Below, one piece after another: positions 50,370 through 62,022 of a DNA stretch of 64,000 nt. Below the pieces are notes generated by a model that worked only from the letters and a program-made list of their open reading frames with translations, had not been told where the DNA came from and did no database searches. The DNA lies in NCBI GenBank assembly GCA_043228905.1, contig JBHGNT010000015.1, positions 6,014,001 to 6,078,000 on the forward strand, in the 5' to 3' direction. Source of the stretch: Azolla caroliniana (taxonomy: Eukaryota > Plantae > Polypodiophyta). Made by a program: the position numbers and the translations under genes. The first letter of the stretch is position 1. Each line of letters begins with the position of its first letter.

Positions 50370-50905
50370 TCAAGAACGTTACCAATTAATGTTGCAATCG
50401 AGAGTTCACATTGTGGTTGTGAGAGAAATAAGGATTGGGCTTGGTCGAAGATGTGTGGAAAGCATGGTCGAATATGAGCAAAGGTAGAGGATTGTATCAA
50501 AGTATGATACTTAGACTCTCGAACTTGTTTAGGGCAAAGTGTGCGTAGTCGACCACTCTCATCACTTGTGCCCCAATGCCTCGTCTCACATCACAATGCA
50601 TGTGAACTAAGTCGCATGGAAGCAATGGTTCAAATGGAAGCCAAGGAAATGGGCTCTAACATGTATCGATATGCATGATGTGCGAAGAATATGGTTTTGT
50701 AGTTAGGTGCAACATGTGTAGTATAATGTGTGAAGCGTGAGCCTCCACATTTTTCCCATGTCATGATACATTGGCATTGTAAAAAGGCCTCATTTACAGA
50801 GGAATATAGTGATGCATCACGAAGCAAAGGTGTTGCATCCCATCTACCAAACCACTTTTCCATATCTTGCATCCAACCGTAACACAAAATTTGGCTTTTA
50901 TAACA
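50370..50905 (-). mobile_element. Non-LTR (LINE) 3' fragment
   Basis: ..TIASMRLSSHAL.CETRHWG..RTLC..ESKYHTL: C-terminal motif typical of LINE ORF2. Confidence 0.6.
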
Positions 50906-51229
50906 CTAGGTCATTTGAAACAGGTAATATGTCGCATTTTAAGAACTGTCCATCAAAAAAAGGTACAAAATAGGTCGTTTCACAAATATAGGTGCCGTAT
51001 GCATAAAGGAATTTAAAAAATGACCGAGAATATGTTGAATTTTAGCATGTCCAAAAGTTTAGGGTTTGCCAAAAATGCCTCAATAATAGACACTGAAATC
51101 ATACAAAAGAGTGTAAAAAAATCATTAAGTGACTACCACTTATATTTATACATATTCGTGGATTGACATTTTGGTACAAAATACAATATTTACAATTCAC
51201 GTATCAGAAGTATCACTTCCCAAAGATAT

Positions 51230-54046
51230 GTCGTCATTTTCCGAACTACCTGATGCATTAGAGAGCCAATTAAGGTCTCATCCTCATCATCACTAGCAAC
51301 CAACGCATTGTCTTAATCCAATTGCAATCCAACATCACCATGATTATGAGACATGCTCCTCATTCGTATTTGTGTCATGTTGGGAGCCACATTTGGGATC
51401 TTCTCTTTTATTATCTTGATGGTGCTCTATCTTAGATGTCCTATTTTGGTGAAGGAGAAGTCATACACTAAGATGTCGACCGAATCCAATGTAAGAGTAG
51501 ATTTGCTCAATAGATTCTTTCTTTTTCACTTTTTGCTTAATATTCCTTCGACATCCTTAACAATCTCTAAAGAGTACTTTCCAACAAATGCATTTGGGGA
51601 AGAGGTGTGATGCTAATGAACCAAAATTGACTTAATGTGTTTGCCTTCTTCATCTTTCATTATTTCAAGAATTTTAGCAATCCAAAAGGAATGGTCTAAC
51701 TCATCACCACAAGCTAATGTCGCAACCAACATACCAACTTGTAGCTCCTACAAATTGCCTTGCCCTCTTGCCTCTACAGAACATGATATTCTTGGTCCCA
51801 TGTAAATATCTCTTTGTCGTGGGTGAACAAGATTATTAACTTCGGTATTTTCTAATGATCGTTGATGATCGTGGACATCGAGGATCTTACACCAATATTC
51901 CATGTGAACGGATGTTGAAGCGGCCAGTATCCGGCATGGTGGTTTTCCAAAATCATAATATGTTGATGATTGAAAAGGTACCCAACCATTCAACATTTTG
52001 ATCAGTCGTGTACTTCTTGGTGTGCTCAATATTTTTCTATTTCTCTTTGAGGCATCACATCAAATTTATCTTTTGGTCATTACTCGACGTACGTGAAGCC
52101 AATTTTTTATGGTCTTCATACAACATTTGTTCTACACCAAGGATTTCCGCATCTGGAAAGTGCAATAAAGGCCTACAACCATGTTGTGGCTCCCATTGTG
52201 AACTAGATGAGTATTGTTTGACATACAACAATGTCGTATTTTGACTTGTAGAACTCTTTTCAACGAGGAAGACATGGTTGAAACTTATATTATTAAGGGG
52301 GCAAGAACCTTACTTTTAGTCCCATCGCCATCCATGCAAAATCCTTTGAAATCATACACCTCGTTCAAATGTTGTACTTTTGGCTTTAGAGTATAAGCTT
52401 CTACGATTAACTTTGATAGCATCGGGAGAGTAAAAGCATCACATCTAACTAATTTCTTTGAGAACCTACTAAACATCTTATCTATGTGATCATGGGTATG
52501 ACCAACTAATAAGAAGTTCACCTTAATCTTCTTAAATATGCCCTTCTCTATGAAGATGCTCAAATAACCGAAAATAATTGAGTTTTTGTTTTCTTTAGCC
52601 GTGTTGTCCAGTTGCACGTATAGAATTGTCGGGAGGGTATCTTGCCAAGTCTGTAACAATCTTTGTATGACTATCACTGTAAGATTAGGATCAGTGTGGA
52701 CATTAGGATAAGTCAAGAATACTTGAGACCTAATTTATTGATAGTACGACAAGCAACCAACTAAATACATTTGAACAAGGCAATCATCACCAATGTCTTT
52801 GGGCAACCTTTGAAAGTGCGGCAAACAAGTCTTCTTTTGATCCATGCCATCTATAATCAAGCACATATACTTCTCCCGTGATGCATAACTTTAGACCGTT
52901 CCAAGGCTTGACTTTCACAATGTTCTTTCAATAGATTCTTATAATTCTTTATTTCTTCATCATTTCTCCCAGTCTTTGCCATGCTTTTTAGACTTGCACA
53001 AACTGAACAAACACTCATCTGAACCTTACGAGGTATACCGACATTATTAAATTGCAACCTCCAGGCGCGCGCGCGCGCCTTCATGCATGATGATGAAAAC
53101 CGCTTCGCGCCCGCCCTACAGGCCTTATTCGTTCGTTCGTTGGCCATAATCTATTAAAATGTTGATATTGTATGTAATGTACATTTTCTAACAACATTTC
53201 ATCCTTATAAGCTTGGTACACCTCATGATGAGTAAAGTTATCTGACAAATGTAATCTTCCAGTTGTAGGCATAACATCACATTGCTTTGAGAAATATATC
53301 TCCATCCACCTCATAGCATGGTGCCCAATCAAACCCTTAGATCCACATATATTCTTGTCGAATGGCACCCACGATCCATTTACTAGACGTTGCTGAATAC
53401 GATATAGCCTCGAATTGTCAATGCTATAAGCAATCTTGAAAGAAATTCGACAATATTTAGTAGAAAGTGTAAGGTAATATTCAACATGTGTTGAATTTTT
53501 CGTGACTATGTGATCTAGATATTGTTGCATATGTGATAAGTATTTTTCTCGTAATATCCTTAGGTTTGTCTTGCCCAATTTGGAGACACATAGACTTCCA
53601 CAACATGACTTATTCGTGTCTATTGCAATTTGACGATCCGAAGTCAAAAAGTTGAATCTCTTGACACTAACTTAACGGGGAACTCGTTTAAAAATGAGAG
53701 TTTTAGTTATGCAAGCCTCATCACTAAACACATTACCTTGATCCATATTTGCACATGAGTCGCTAATTTATGGAGTAAATGAGTTGGCACGCTCAATCGA
53801 GAAAACTGAGTTCGACCTACGCATAACATTACAAGTCAACAATTGAGGTTGACCACCCTGTTTAGGTACAAAATTGTACTCATCAACTGAGAATAAGGAG
53901 GAGTTAGTTGATAATGTAAAAGGATCCACGGAAAATAGAGAAAATTTAGTAGAAGTTGATGACATATTATTGATTTTTTTATGATCAATGAAGTGAAAAA
54001 GCAATAGAGTTGCTAGAGAACAAACTCTATAAATGGCAATCACCAT
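51230..54046 (-). pseudogene. DDD-type DNA transposase (DUF7869/Sola1-like by motif), with Cys-rich N-terminus and BAH-like C-terminus
   Basis: LIIDGMDQ (D 52849-52851), VQLDNTAKENKN (D 52606-52608), FLLVGHTHDHIDKMFS (D 52480-52482); CCGSLC and VCSVC motifs; multiple stops. Confidence 0.8.
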
Positions 54047-54243
54047 ATCTATACCACATTTTTTCCTAGGTTTTTTTAGAACAAGGGGGGAAAATCATTA
54101 GGTGTGTTCTCTATGCCTAATTTTAAAGATTCCAAAAGGTTCCTCAAAAGATGCTTTTTTATCTTATACAAAATGATTAATTTTTTTATGTTTAGGGAAT
54201 TATTAATATTTGAAATTGCATTTTTATTTTCAAATTATATCAA

Positions 54244-54415
54244 GCTTTCAACCACAATTTGATGCAATGCATCGGATTGTGGTTGAAAGCCTGGTGCTTC
54301 CAACCCATATCCAATGCTGTTCATCAGATTTCGGTTGAAAAGGTACTATATTTTTACCTTTTCAACGGAAATTTGATTCACTACATCAGACGCAATCGGA
54401 TTTCGGTTGAAAAGG
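54244..54415. repeat. Alternating inverted-repeat array (tttcaacc / ggttgaaa half-sites)
   Basis: Perfect 15-bp arms at 54244-54258 and 54276-54290; further arm pairs up to 54415. Confidence 0.85.
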
Positions 54416-54463
54416 GCAAAAAACATTAGGAAAAAGATGCATTCCGAATGCCGAAATTCACAA

Positions 54464-54615
54464 AATTTTGGCATTCTATGTAGGATTTTACCAATTATTT
54501 TGGTGTGTAGTGTAGGATTTACTTTGGGTTTAAGGGTTGTGAATTTTGGCATTCTCTGTAGGATTTTACCAATTATTTTGGTGTATATTGTAGGATTTAC
54601 TTTGGGTTTAAGGGA
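54464..54615. repeat. Tandem duplication, period 78 bp
   Basis: aattttggcattct starts at 54464 and 54542. Confidence 0.9.
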
Positions 54616-54662
54616 TTTCTTTTCGTACTAATATCACTTATATTAAACATTGTTTATTTTAG

Positions 54663-56970
54663 TGAGCCAAGGTAGAAGGTCCCAACCTTCAAATTGAAGA
54701 TTAAGTCTCCAGCTAAAAGGGGCTCTGAGTGCTCTCCATAATGGGAAACTCTGATAGTTTTTTAATGGATAAATCACGTAGAACTCTCTTCGAATCTGGA
54801 GGTGACGGTATATCCAAGTCATCTACGTGTAACACCAACAGGTTGGTCGAAGAGAAAGTAGAACAAAAATAAAAAACTACGTCAATTTAGAATGGGGCTT
54901 AATGTACATTAAAGAGAATGGCATTTTGCTCCTTATTTTTGCAAAAAGTGAAGGCAAGGGCAAGTTAGAGTTGGGAAAGACATTCACATCTGGGAAAGTT
55001 CACAATGTCAAATATGAAGATAGTGACTTGACCACTTTGCTTTTGGATGTGGAAAGTTCAGGCGGGAATCGACATGTTTGTGTCAATGAAGGCAAGATTG
55101 TGATTGACTGTTGCCACCCTAAAATCCTACGCAAAGATATACAAACTAAAAACAACTTGATTGTTGCACTCTACCCTTATATTACCCAAGAATTGATGAT
55201 TACCGAAGCAGAGACACCTCCAAAACCATCTTGGAAATCTGATTTAACCAAAACATAGAAAATATAAGAAATGAGCTAAACCTGATGACGACGAACTTGA
55301 AGTGAAGGAGTTAGTGGAGGAGGAAGATGAGTAACAAGTCAAAGGTGTTCATCTTGGAGGGCAGATGTCATCAGGGATTCTAAAATCGGAGCATAATCGA
55401 ATACGAGAAAATATTGTAAAAACAAAGTTGGTTCGTAAAGGCCAACTATTTCATTTGTCGATTTGCTCTATTTAAAGGCCAACAATAGATCCTGCGACCG
55501 AAAGATGTCCTTTAGAAATTTGAGAGCCCCATTCAATTCACATGCAGAATTTAAAGAGCAAGATGAAGATTAACACGCACACGACTGTTGTGTCATTTCT
55601 TGTAATGGTTGATCCTAATCAATGACCAACACAAGCTGATTTTAAGTATAGTTCAGTTGATGACTATTATTACGTAATTGGAGGATCACATTCAGCTAAA
55701 GCCCGACGTCAACTTGTGAAAAAATATCCCCTCACCCCATTCTTTAAGTACGTCGAGTGCAAAGTATACGCATGTCTGACTCATGAAAAGGCCAAGTTGT
55801 TAGCTTGGGACCATAATAATGATAATGATTACAAGTAGAAAATGTCTTGTATCAATTGAATAAGATTTTTTCATCACGAGTACCTCAATGCATTACACAA
55901 ATATGGTCTGAAGCTTCATCCTGGACGGCATAGACAATGTTTACTAGAGGTTGGTATTGCTATTGATGAGAGCACGAAGTCAAAAGGATTGGGAAAATGA
56001 GACTCTTGGTTTCAGCTGACCTTTCGAAATGGGGAGGTGTGGGATTTACTGGAGAAAACATTTAACATGTGGGAGCGGAAGGAGGTGAAGGGACAAAGAG
56101 CAAAAGAAAGCCAAGGTGGATCCTCAAGTAGAGAAAACATCAAAGTCACATAAAAGTGACTTGATAATCAAGGACCTACCCGAAGATATGAAGAGCTACT
56201 TCCTTGGCGGTCACTTTAAGGCATTAAAGATGACAGATTGCTTATATATGTACTTTCGCGAGTGACTGCCAAAGAATTTAGCTTGGACGAGATGGTTATT
56301 GAGTTTCAAAAGTATCAATCATTGGTTTTTCTTTTTCAACTTTTTAATTTGCTTCAATGATTGACCAATTACCTCTTTGGTTTTTAGCCATAAAGTATAT
56401 ATGAAGATCCAAGAATTGATGATGAAGAAATTGTCCCTTCCAACATGGGAGGAAGTAGGGCAGGCTTGCCCTATGACATCATCATATAAAGCTTTGGAAG
56501 AATTTTTCATTGTGTTTAGCGAATGGGTATGTGTCTTTGTACTTTTAATTGATTTCTTTGTTGTGGTATTTCCTAATCATATTGATCATTGCAGAAACCG
56601 TCTCGCTCCGAAAAGGCAAGTGAGAGTAATGAAGGAATCCCAAGATCCTTCATTACACATTTAGAACGTGCAAAGTACAAAAAGAGGATGACAAAAGGAA
56701 AGGAGTTGGAGGTGCCTGATGATTCAAAAATTGTCGAAATTTTCTTGCATAGGGCCACCCCTTTCCGGCAGTTGTACTATAGCGTGTTTAATGGGGACGT
56801 AGATGATATGCTAAAAATATTACCTAAGAGACACTACACACTCTTGATAGCTAATATACCATATGGATTCTGAATCATGGAATCTACATATGATGATGTT
56901 CCATATAAGTACCCCCAAATCGAGAAGATGGTCAAGGACTTCGCCGAATTGACCCTGGCACCATTGTGGT
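54663..56970 (+). pseudogene. ParB/Srx-like domain plus beta-class amino (N4C/N6A) DNA methyltransferase, intron-containing, 3'-truncated
   Basis: YYVIGGSHSAKARRQL..ECKVYACLTHEKAKLLAWDHN (about 55668-55815); YSVFNGDVDDML..YTLLIANIPYGF (NIPY 56853-56864); introns 56312-56387 and 56527-56594. Confidence 0.65.
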
Positions 56971-59900
56971 CCCCTGCTCCACCGGATCTACGCTCTAGTT
57001 CCTTCTGGCTTCACGCCTCGCTCAACCCGTTCGATTCCGCGCGCTTTGACCCTTTCGGTTGGCTTGTCTGTTTGTTTGGCCCTTCTCAACTCCCTTGCTA
57101 TCGCGGTGTCGACGCGTCCTCCGTTGTCCTTTTCTTTGCATTGCCTTCAATTGATTCGGCGTATCCGAATCAAACATCCAAAGACTCGGTTGCCTCCGAT
57201 CGGTTTTCGCTGACATCCGAGTTGGCTGTCTCCAACTTGTCTTCGGTCTTCTCGCCCTTGATGGCTTCATCTCCCCCATGCTTGTCTTGCTTTGGCTCTT
57301 TCTTCCGGTTGCTCCCCTTATGTCCGCTTTCGGACTCTTCCGCAAATCCGCCCTCGGCTTCTTCAGCGAATCCAAAATTGAATTCGTCATCTGACTCGGC
57401 GTCACAATCTTTTCCACTCCTTTCCTGCTCCCTTCCGTGGTCATCCGGAACATCGCTCCCCCTCAAGTTCGGTGTGCCAAGGTGACGCAACCCAAGCTCA
57501 CCCGAGAAACGTCGTAACTTGTCGAGACCAAGAGGCTTGGTGAAGATGTCAGCATCTTGCCAATCAGTCGGAACATGCACCAGTGCGACTTAACCTGAAA
57601 GGACCCGCTCGCGGACAAAATGGTAATGCACTTCAATGTGCTTGGTCCGGGCATGGAACATGGGGTTTTTCGCAAGGTGGATACTGCTGAGGTTGCCACA
57701 ATAGATCATCGTCGGATCAGACACCTCGACCTGCAGATCCCGTAAAAGTTGTTTCAGCCAAATGACTTAGCACGTAGCGACAGTCGCCCCTCGATATTCG
57801 GCCTCTGTGTTCGACAGTGCTATTGTCAGCTGCTTTTTGCTGCTCCACGCGATCGCCACACTTCCTAACGAGAGGGCGTATCGGGATGTGGATCTACGAT
57901 CGTGAGCGTTTCCGGCCCAATCAGCATCCGTGTAGCCGACTAACTGTTCGGCTACGCCTGCCCGATAAAATAACGACATGTCTTTCGTGCCGCTGACATA
58001 ACGCAGTATCCGTTGTGCACATTGAAAGTGTTCGGTCGTAGGCTGCGGCATGAATTGACTGATCATGCTGACTGGGTAACTGAGGTCCGGCCGAGTGATC
58101 GTCAAATAGATGAGGCTTCCAACAATCTGTTGAAACCGTGTCGGGTCGCACGCCTTGCCTGAATCTAGGCGAAGCTTCACGTGTCTATCCAGAGGGGTTG
58201 AGATGGGCTTACAGTTTTCCATCCCGAACTTGAAGAGCATATTGAGCGCGTAATGACGTTGGTTGATCAATATGCCTTCGGGGATACAGATCACTTCGAT
58301 CCCGAGGAAGTAATGAAGGTCTCCGAGATCCTTCATTTCAAACGATGCCGCAAGCTGAGACATCACGCAACGGATTTCGTCAAGGTCGGAACCGGAAATG
58401 ACTAAATCATCAACGTACAAGAGTAGGCTGACATGTCCATATTGTCCTGGCCGAACAAATAGAGAAGAGTCTGACTTCGACGACACAAACCCCATCCTAC
58501 GCAGCTATTGCGTAATCTTCGCGTTCCAGGCTCGCGGGGCTTGCTTAAGTCCGTACAATGACTTCTTCAATCGGCAAACTGCCGAGGTGTTTTGTTCGGA
58601 TAGAAATCCGGGGGGCTGTACCATGTACACTTGCTCCTCAAGATCACCTTGCAAGAACGCGTTCTTTACATCCATCTAATGTAAATGCCACCCCTTTGCC
58701 ACGGCTACGGCTAGTAGGACTCGCACAGTAGTCATCTTCGCGACAGGCGCGAAGGTCTCATCATAGTCCACGCCGTGCTTTTGCGCGTAGCCTTTTACTA
58801 CTAAACGGGCCTTGTAGCGGTTGATGGAGCCGTCAGTGTTGTACTTGACCTTTTACACCCACCAACATCCAATCGGCTTCACACCCTTCGGTGCGTCAAC
58901 TAGGTCCTAGGTTTCATTCTCCAATAATGCGTGCATCTCTTCCTCCATTGCGGCATGCCAGTTCGCGTCTTTCGCCACTTCTGTGTAGCTCTCCGGCTCA
59001 TGCACTTCCGCCACTCGCATCATGTACACCTAATGGTGCGCCATGTACTCATTATACCCGTATCTCTTTACGGGGTTCTTCTGGCAGGTAGATCGGCGTA
59101 ATTCTTGATTACCTGATTTTGTGGCCTTTTTGGTCGATTTCAACCTCTTCGGTGGAGGTTCCTTCTCGACTGGCTCGAGGTCAGATTCGCTTCGAATTGA
59201 CTCGGCACTACCGAAATCATATTTCGGCGTCTTCTTCTTCCCCTTCTCCTTGCGCATAAATCGTCTCCTCGGTTCTTTACGCGGGGACATTATGGTCGAG
59301 TCTCCACTACTCGTCGTCTCATCATCTGGTTGACCATCTCGGCCCAACCCTTCATTCGGCCCACTTAGCCGAAATGAGATCGGACTCTCTCGCAGAGCTC
59401 TGATTTCGTCATCGTGCGGAGGCATTTCAGCCTCGTTGATTTTTTCTTTAGAAATCGGATTGGAAGTGAGGTCCGGAGTCGGAGACAAGTACCAAGACGC
59501 GGACTCATCAAACTCAACATCGTGGCTCATGCGCACTTGTTTGGTGCGTGGGTTATAACACTTATAACCCTTCTGCTTGTCCGAATAGCCGACCAAGATA
59601 CACTTCTCAGCTTTCGCGTCTAGCTTCCTCCTTTTCTCCTTCGTCACGTGCACATACGTGATGCTGTTGAAAATCCTCAAGTGTGCCAAGTTCGGCTTCT
59701 TCCCGAAATATAGCTCATGTGGCAATACTCCTCCATTAGCAGAAGTCCGATTTTGCAAGTACACAGCTGTCCTCACGGCTTTGGCCCAATAAAATTTCGG
59801 CATATGCTTCTCTTCAAGCATTGCCCTGGCCGCTTCTTCAATCGTCCGATTCTTCCGCTCGGCTACGTTGTTTTGCTCCGGCGTATATCTACACGAGAAT

Positions 59901-62022
59901 TCGCGTCGAATTCCCTCCTTCCGTAGATAACTTGTGAACTAGTCGGAGAAGTACTCCTTCCCGCCATCAGACCGTAGGCATTTGATCTTACGCCAAGTTT
60001 CCCTTTCCGCGAGGCTCTTCACCTCCAAGAAACATGTGAAGACTTTGCTCTTCTTCTCAATCATGCATGCCCACGTGTGCCGAGTGAAGTCGTCGATGAA
60101 GGTTACAAAGTAACGGCTTCCACTGAGACTCACGTTCTGTGCCGGACCCCACACATCCGAATGGATCAAATCGAGCGGATTACAACTCCGATTACGCTTT
60201 TTGGGGAATGGAAGTCGGTGTTGTTTTCCCATCTGGCAAGCTTTGCAGACTTGGACATTACGGCCCCAAAATTTCAGCAAACCGAAAATGATGTTCTTCG
60301 TTTGCATCTTACGAAGCCACGGGAAATTTACATGGCCGAACCGCTTGTGCCACAGGTCGATATCCAACTTGAATTTTTGTCCTTTCACGAACATTGCGGT
60401 GCCCACATTATTGGTTTCGAGGATAAACATCCTCCCTTCACTGTGCCCTTGCGCGATCACTTTGCCTTCCTCTTCTATGAAGCAGCCTAGGTGCGTGAAT
60501 CGAACTTGCATACCTTGGTCGACGATCTGACCGACTGACACCAGGTTCTTAGTTATTGTAGGAACGTGTAACACGTTCATTAGCTTCCCTTTCTGCCCGA
60601 CGTGGCTAAGGGGAACTTCACCGACATGTTCGATGGTATGCAGGGTGTCATCTCCCGTTTCGACAACTCCTCATGATTCCGGCTTTTCCAAGTATGAGAA
60701 CCACTCCTCGTGGCTCGTCATATGATTTGATGCTCCGGAATCAACATACCACACTTCGCTCGATTTCGAGGTGTTCACGGCCATCGAATTGGCTTTATGC
60801 TTCATTACGAAGGCAGGGACCGCTCCATTTCCGGCTCGTTCAGATCCTTCTGCGTAGTGCGATCTCTGACACCTCTCTGCGTCTCTTTGGCTCGATCTGG
60901 CTTTGTCCGAACCAGCTCTCTTTTTCCAGCACTCGCTCTCCTTGTGGCCTTTCTTGCCACAGTACCAGCATTCCGGCGCGGTCTTCTCTTGCTGTCTTCT
61001 GGCGCCTCCATGACTCCCCCTGCTTGCGGAGGGTTCGGAATTGCTTCCAGCATCTCGATTATGTCGTACATTCTGCTCTTTTCGGCTGCCTCCATTGCGC
61101 GCCGATCCGCCTCGTCCACCACAACCACAGGGCCTATCATCCTCCGTGTAAAGCATCTTGCCATCGGCGTACGCACTCGTCCACGCACCCGCGTGGTTTT
61201 CTTCTACGAGCAACATTGACTGAAGCTCGAAAAACAAAGGCGTAATCTCCCTAGTGCAGACTGCCATTCAGAAAGGTCCGAACTTTGACGCCAAGCCACC
61301 AAGACAAACCTGCACCATTTCATCTTCCTCGACATTCACATTGACGGAGGCGAGAGAGTCGCAGATTTCTTTGATCTTGGTGGTGTAATCAGCCACAAAC
61401 ATATCTCTTTGTCGTACATTGCTGAGCTCCTATCTGAGCTGCAGCTTTTTGGTTGTTGTGTTAGCAGCGAAAATCCTTTTGAGATTCGCCCACGCGTCCT
61501 TCGACGTCTTGGCATCCCGAATGTAGCTCAACAGCTGGTCGCTCACACAAGACGCGAAGCAGTAAAGAACTCTGCTTGCCGCTTGTTCCCAAGCCGGATA
61601 GTCCCTGTGTGTCGAGTCGGGTGCCACATCGTTTGCTCCTTCGACATAACTCCAGTAGCCATGGCCAAGCAGGTAATAGTGCATCTTGTATGACCAAGAT
61701 GCGTAGTTGCTTCTATCAAGATTTTCAGTCGGAAGTGAGCTTCCCATACCTCTGTCCATGATGTTGTCTTTTTCGAAAAAAAATGAAGAACAACTTCAAC
61801 TCTCGTTTTGTCGCAAGCTTTTCTTGTCGGCTGCAGAGAACTTCAACCCTCGCACTCTGATACCATGTAAAAGAATACGTTATGCAGAAGCGTGTACGTA
61901 AACACAGAGTATACAGTTCAGAGGAATAAGACAGTTAGGTAAAACACAGAAAACACAGAGATGGAGATAGAGAGAGGGAGAGACAGAGACAGAGTAGATA
62001 ACTCAAGTATATTTCAAAAATA
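56971..62022 (-). mobile_element. Ty1/copia element E (C-related): no 3' LTR, 5' LTR truncated (starts 61866)
   Basis: PBS 61854-61865; MDRGMGSSLPTE gag; YVDSGASNHM; LLYVDDLVI. Confidence 0.9.

Noticed and set aside
50906-51010. Candidate left terminus of the DNA transposon
   Set aside because: No partner TIR is visible because the right end appears deleted, so it cannot be supported.
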